In this document: one piece after another, positions 62,700-64,000 of the stretch | Numbering within the stretch: position 1 is the first letter of the stretch | How the letters are laid out: the number at the start of each line of letters is the position of its first letter | NCBI RefSeq assembly: GCF_036321535.1 | Contig: NC_087437.1 | Span: 32,614,001-32,678,000, forward strand | DNA length: 64,000 bases | DNA from: Camelus dromedarius | Lineage: Eukaryota | Direction: 5' to 3' | Made by a program: the position numbers and the translations under genes | Notes under the pieces: model-generated | The model's input: the letters and a program-made list of their open reading frames with translations, nothing else | Databases searched by the model: none | Told to the model about the DNA's origin: nothing

Positions 62700-63700
62700 T
62701 TCAGGGATCCAGGGTCTTCGCGGAGTTAGAGTGGTTCTTAGCGGCGGCCCGAAACCTGGGGCGACTCGAGGGTGAAATCCCAATCTCTCTCTACCCCCTT
62801 CCTCTCTTTTTCATTTTCCTCGGGCCTAGGTAAGGGACTCCCACAAACTCGGCGATAGATGCTAACCTTAATCCTGCCGCCTGGCCCAGCGGCTGCCAGC
62901 ACCCCCTCCCGCAGCCCGGCCCTGCGAACCTCCCCATCCACCAGCGGGCCGTCAGCGCTGCGGGCCCATCCTCCGGTTGGTGAAAATGCGTTTTGGTGAA
63001 ATGGAAGTAGCGGGAGCAACTGAGAAGGGCGCGCGCACACCCCACACGCCCCACCACCCCCACCACACACACACACACACTCGGACCCCACCCACGACCG
63101 TGTACACCACCGGACTCCCACCCCTCCATCACTCTAGCAGCCGAAGCTGGAATCCAAGGGCCCTCTCCGAGTTCCGCCCCCCTCCCCGTTGGGCCTTGGG
63201 GTCCTCTCCTGCCTAAGAGGAGTCAGGAAGGCGGGAAAAGGAACCGCGGCCGGGGGTCAGGCCGTTACCCTCGGTGAGCCGCGGGCTGCCCGGCTCCCTG
63301 GTTCTCTCGGCGGCGCCCATGTCCAGCTCCCGGACGGGAGAGCGCCCTCCTCCAGCTCCTCCGCCTGCTCCTCCTCCTCCTACACCTCCTCCGCCTCCTC
63401 CGCCTCCGCCTCCTCCTCCTCCGCCGCCTCCGCCGGCCGCCCGGACTGCCGGGCTGCTGCGGTCGTCGCGGCCGGGCTCCGCGCAGCCGGTCGGCTCCTT
63501 AGCCCCTCGCAGCGGCCCGCTCTCCAGCACCTCCCGGTACGTGATCGCCTCCTTCTTCTCCTTCACTTTCTGGTCAAAAGACTTCGAGACGAACGCCGTA
63601 AGTTCTTCCATCGCTGCCGATGCCAGTCAGCCCCGCGCTCAACCTCTCCCAGCCGAGCCCCGCTCTTTTTTTCCTTCTTCTTTTTTTATTGCTCCAGCCC
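62700..63700. promoter_or_regulatory. CpG island over SHOX2 exon 1 and start of intron 1
   Basis: High GC with dense CpG dinucleotides compared with the AT-rich, CpG-depleted background. Confidence 0.85.
63269..63611 (-). CDS. SHOX2: SHOX2 coding exon 1 (N-terminus with poly-Gly tract)
   Basis: ATG at 63611; [32 protein letters not shown]...G17 [13 protein letters not shown]...PGSPRLTE; phase-1 donor GAGG|GTAACG; 343 nt. Confidence 0.97.
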
Positions 63701-63965
63701 CCCCAATAATAACACATCAATGGGGCAGAGGGTAGGGGAGGAGAGGGTGGGGGAGGAAGAAGAAAAAGAAGAGAAGAAAGAAGAAGGAGCAGGAGAAGTA
63801 GAAGGAGAAAAAGAAGTAAGAAGAGGAGGAGGAGGAAGAAGAGGAAGAGGGAAGGGGCGGGGGCCGCCGGAGGGAAATGGGAACTGATGCTTCCCTGCCG
63901 GAGCGCGCTTGTTCAATGTTAAGATCTTTGACAATTCTTCCTGCGGAGAGTTCAGATCTGATAGC
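63612..63965 (-). other. SHOX2: SHOX2 5'UTR with long CT-rich tract and a single upstream ATG
   Basis: Lies between the predicted TSS and the ATG. The (CTT/CCT)-rich run spans ~63726-63860 and the uATG is at 63717. Confidence 0.7.
63726..63860. repeat. Polypurine (GAA/GGA) low-complexity tract
   Basis: Nearly all purine on the + strand for ~135 bp. Confidence 0.9.
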
Positions 63966-63987
63966 AACACAGCGCTTGAAGTCTCAC

Positions 63988-63995
63988 TATTTATA
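63988..63995 (-). promoter_or_regulatory. TATA box of SHOX2 promoter
   Basis: Minus strand reads cgaagTATAAATAgtgagac, about 380 nt upstream of the start codon and next to a CpG-rich exon 1. Confidence 0.7.
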
Positions 63996-64000
63996 CTTCG

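Larger units (their letters stand above)
53515..63965 (-). other. SHOX2: SHOX2 gene span (predicted TSS to predicted poly(A) site)
   Basis: Five coding exons splice in frame to a 330-aa protein recognisable as SHOX2. The 5' end is inferred from the TATA box at 63988-63995 and the 3' end from ATTAAA at 53535-53540, so both ends are approximate. Confidence 0.9.

Noticed and set aside
63685..63690. AATAAA in the SHOX2 5'UTR
   Set aside because: Part of an A-rich run in exon 1 with no U/GU-rich downstream element; premature cleavage is unlikely.
63189..63887. + strand poly-Pro and poly-Ser/Glu ORFs
   Set aside because: Reverse-complement readings of the poly-Gly codons and the purine tract.

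Overview
This is mammalian genomic DNA, most likely from a camelid, inferred from the Vic-1-type tRNA-derived SINEs and L1 3' ends. The right end holds the complete SHOX2 homeobox gene on the minus strand. It has a TATA box at 63988-63995 and five coding exons (63269-63611, 60169-60377, 57729-57786, 57328-57416, 55465-55758) totalling 993 nt, i.e. 330 aa with poly-Gly, homeodomain and OAR. Intron 4 is GC-AG with two in-frame acceptors, and the 3'UTR is about 1.95 kb. A separate CpG island with promoter-like features lies just past the gene's 3' end (~51.7-53.2 kb). The remaining ~51 kb is the start of the SHOX2 downstream gene desert. It contains L1, L2, MIR, LTR and DNA-transposon relics, a 5'-inverted L1 and an ancient CR1/L3 RT fossil. 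Between these lie repeat-poor blocks rich in HOX/PBX/MEIS motifs that look like conserved enhancers, the strongest at ~15.6-16.5 kb. I found no other protein-coding gene and no new protein-based system. The best leads are regulatory: a possible spliced antisense transcript from the downstream CpG island, an overlapping uORF, a relic of the human alternative exon, and a (UG)11 tract at the homeobox exon acceptor. Repeat family names and boundaries were called by eye and are approximate.
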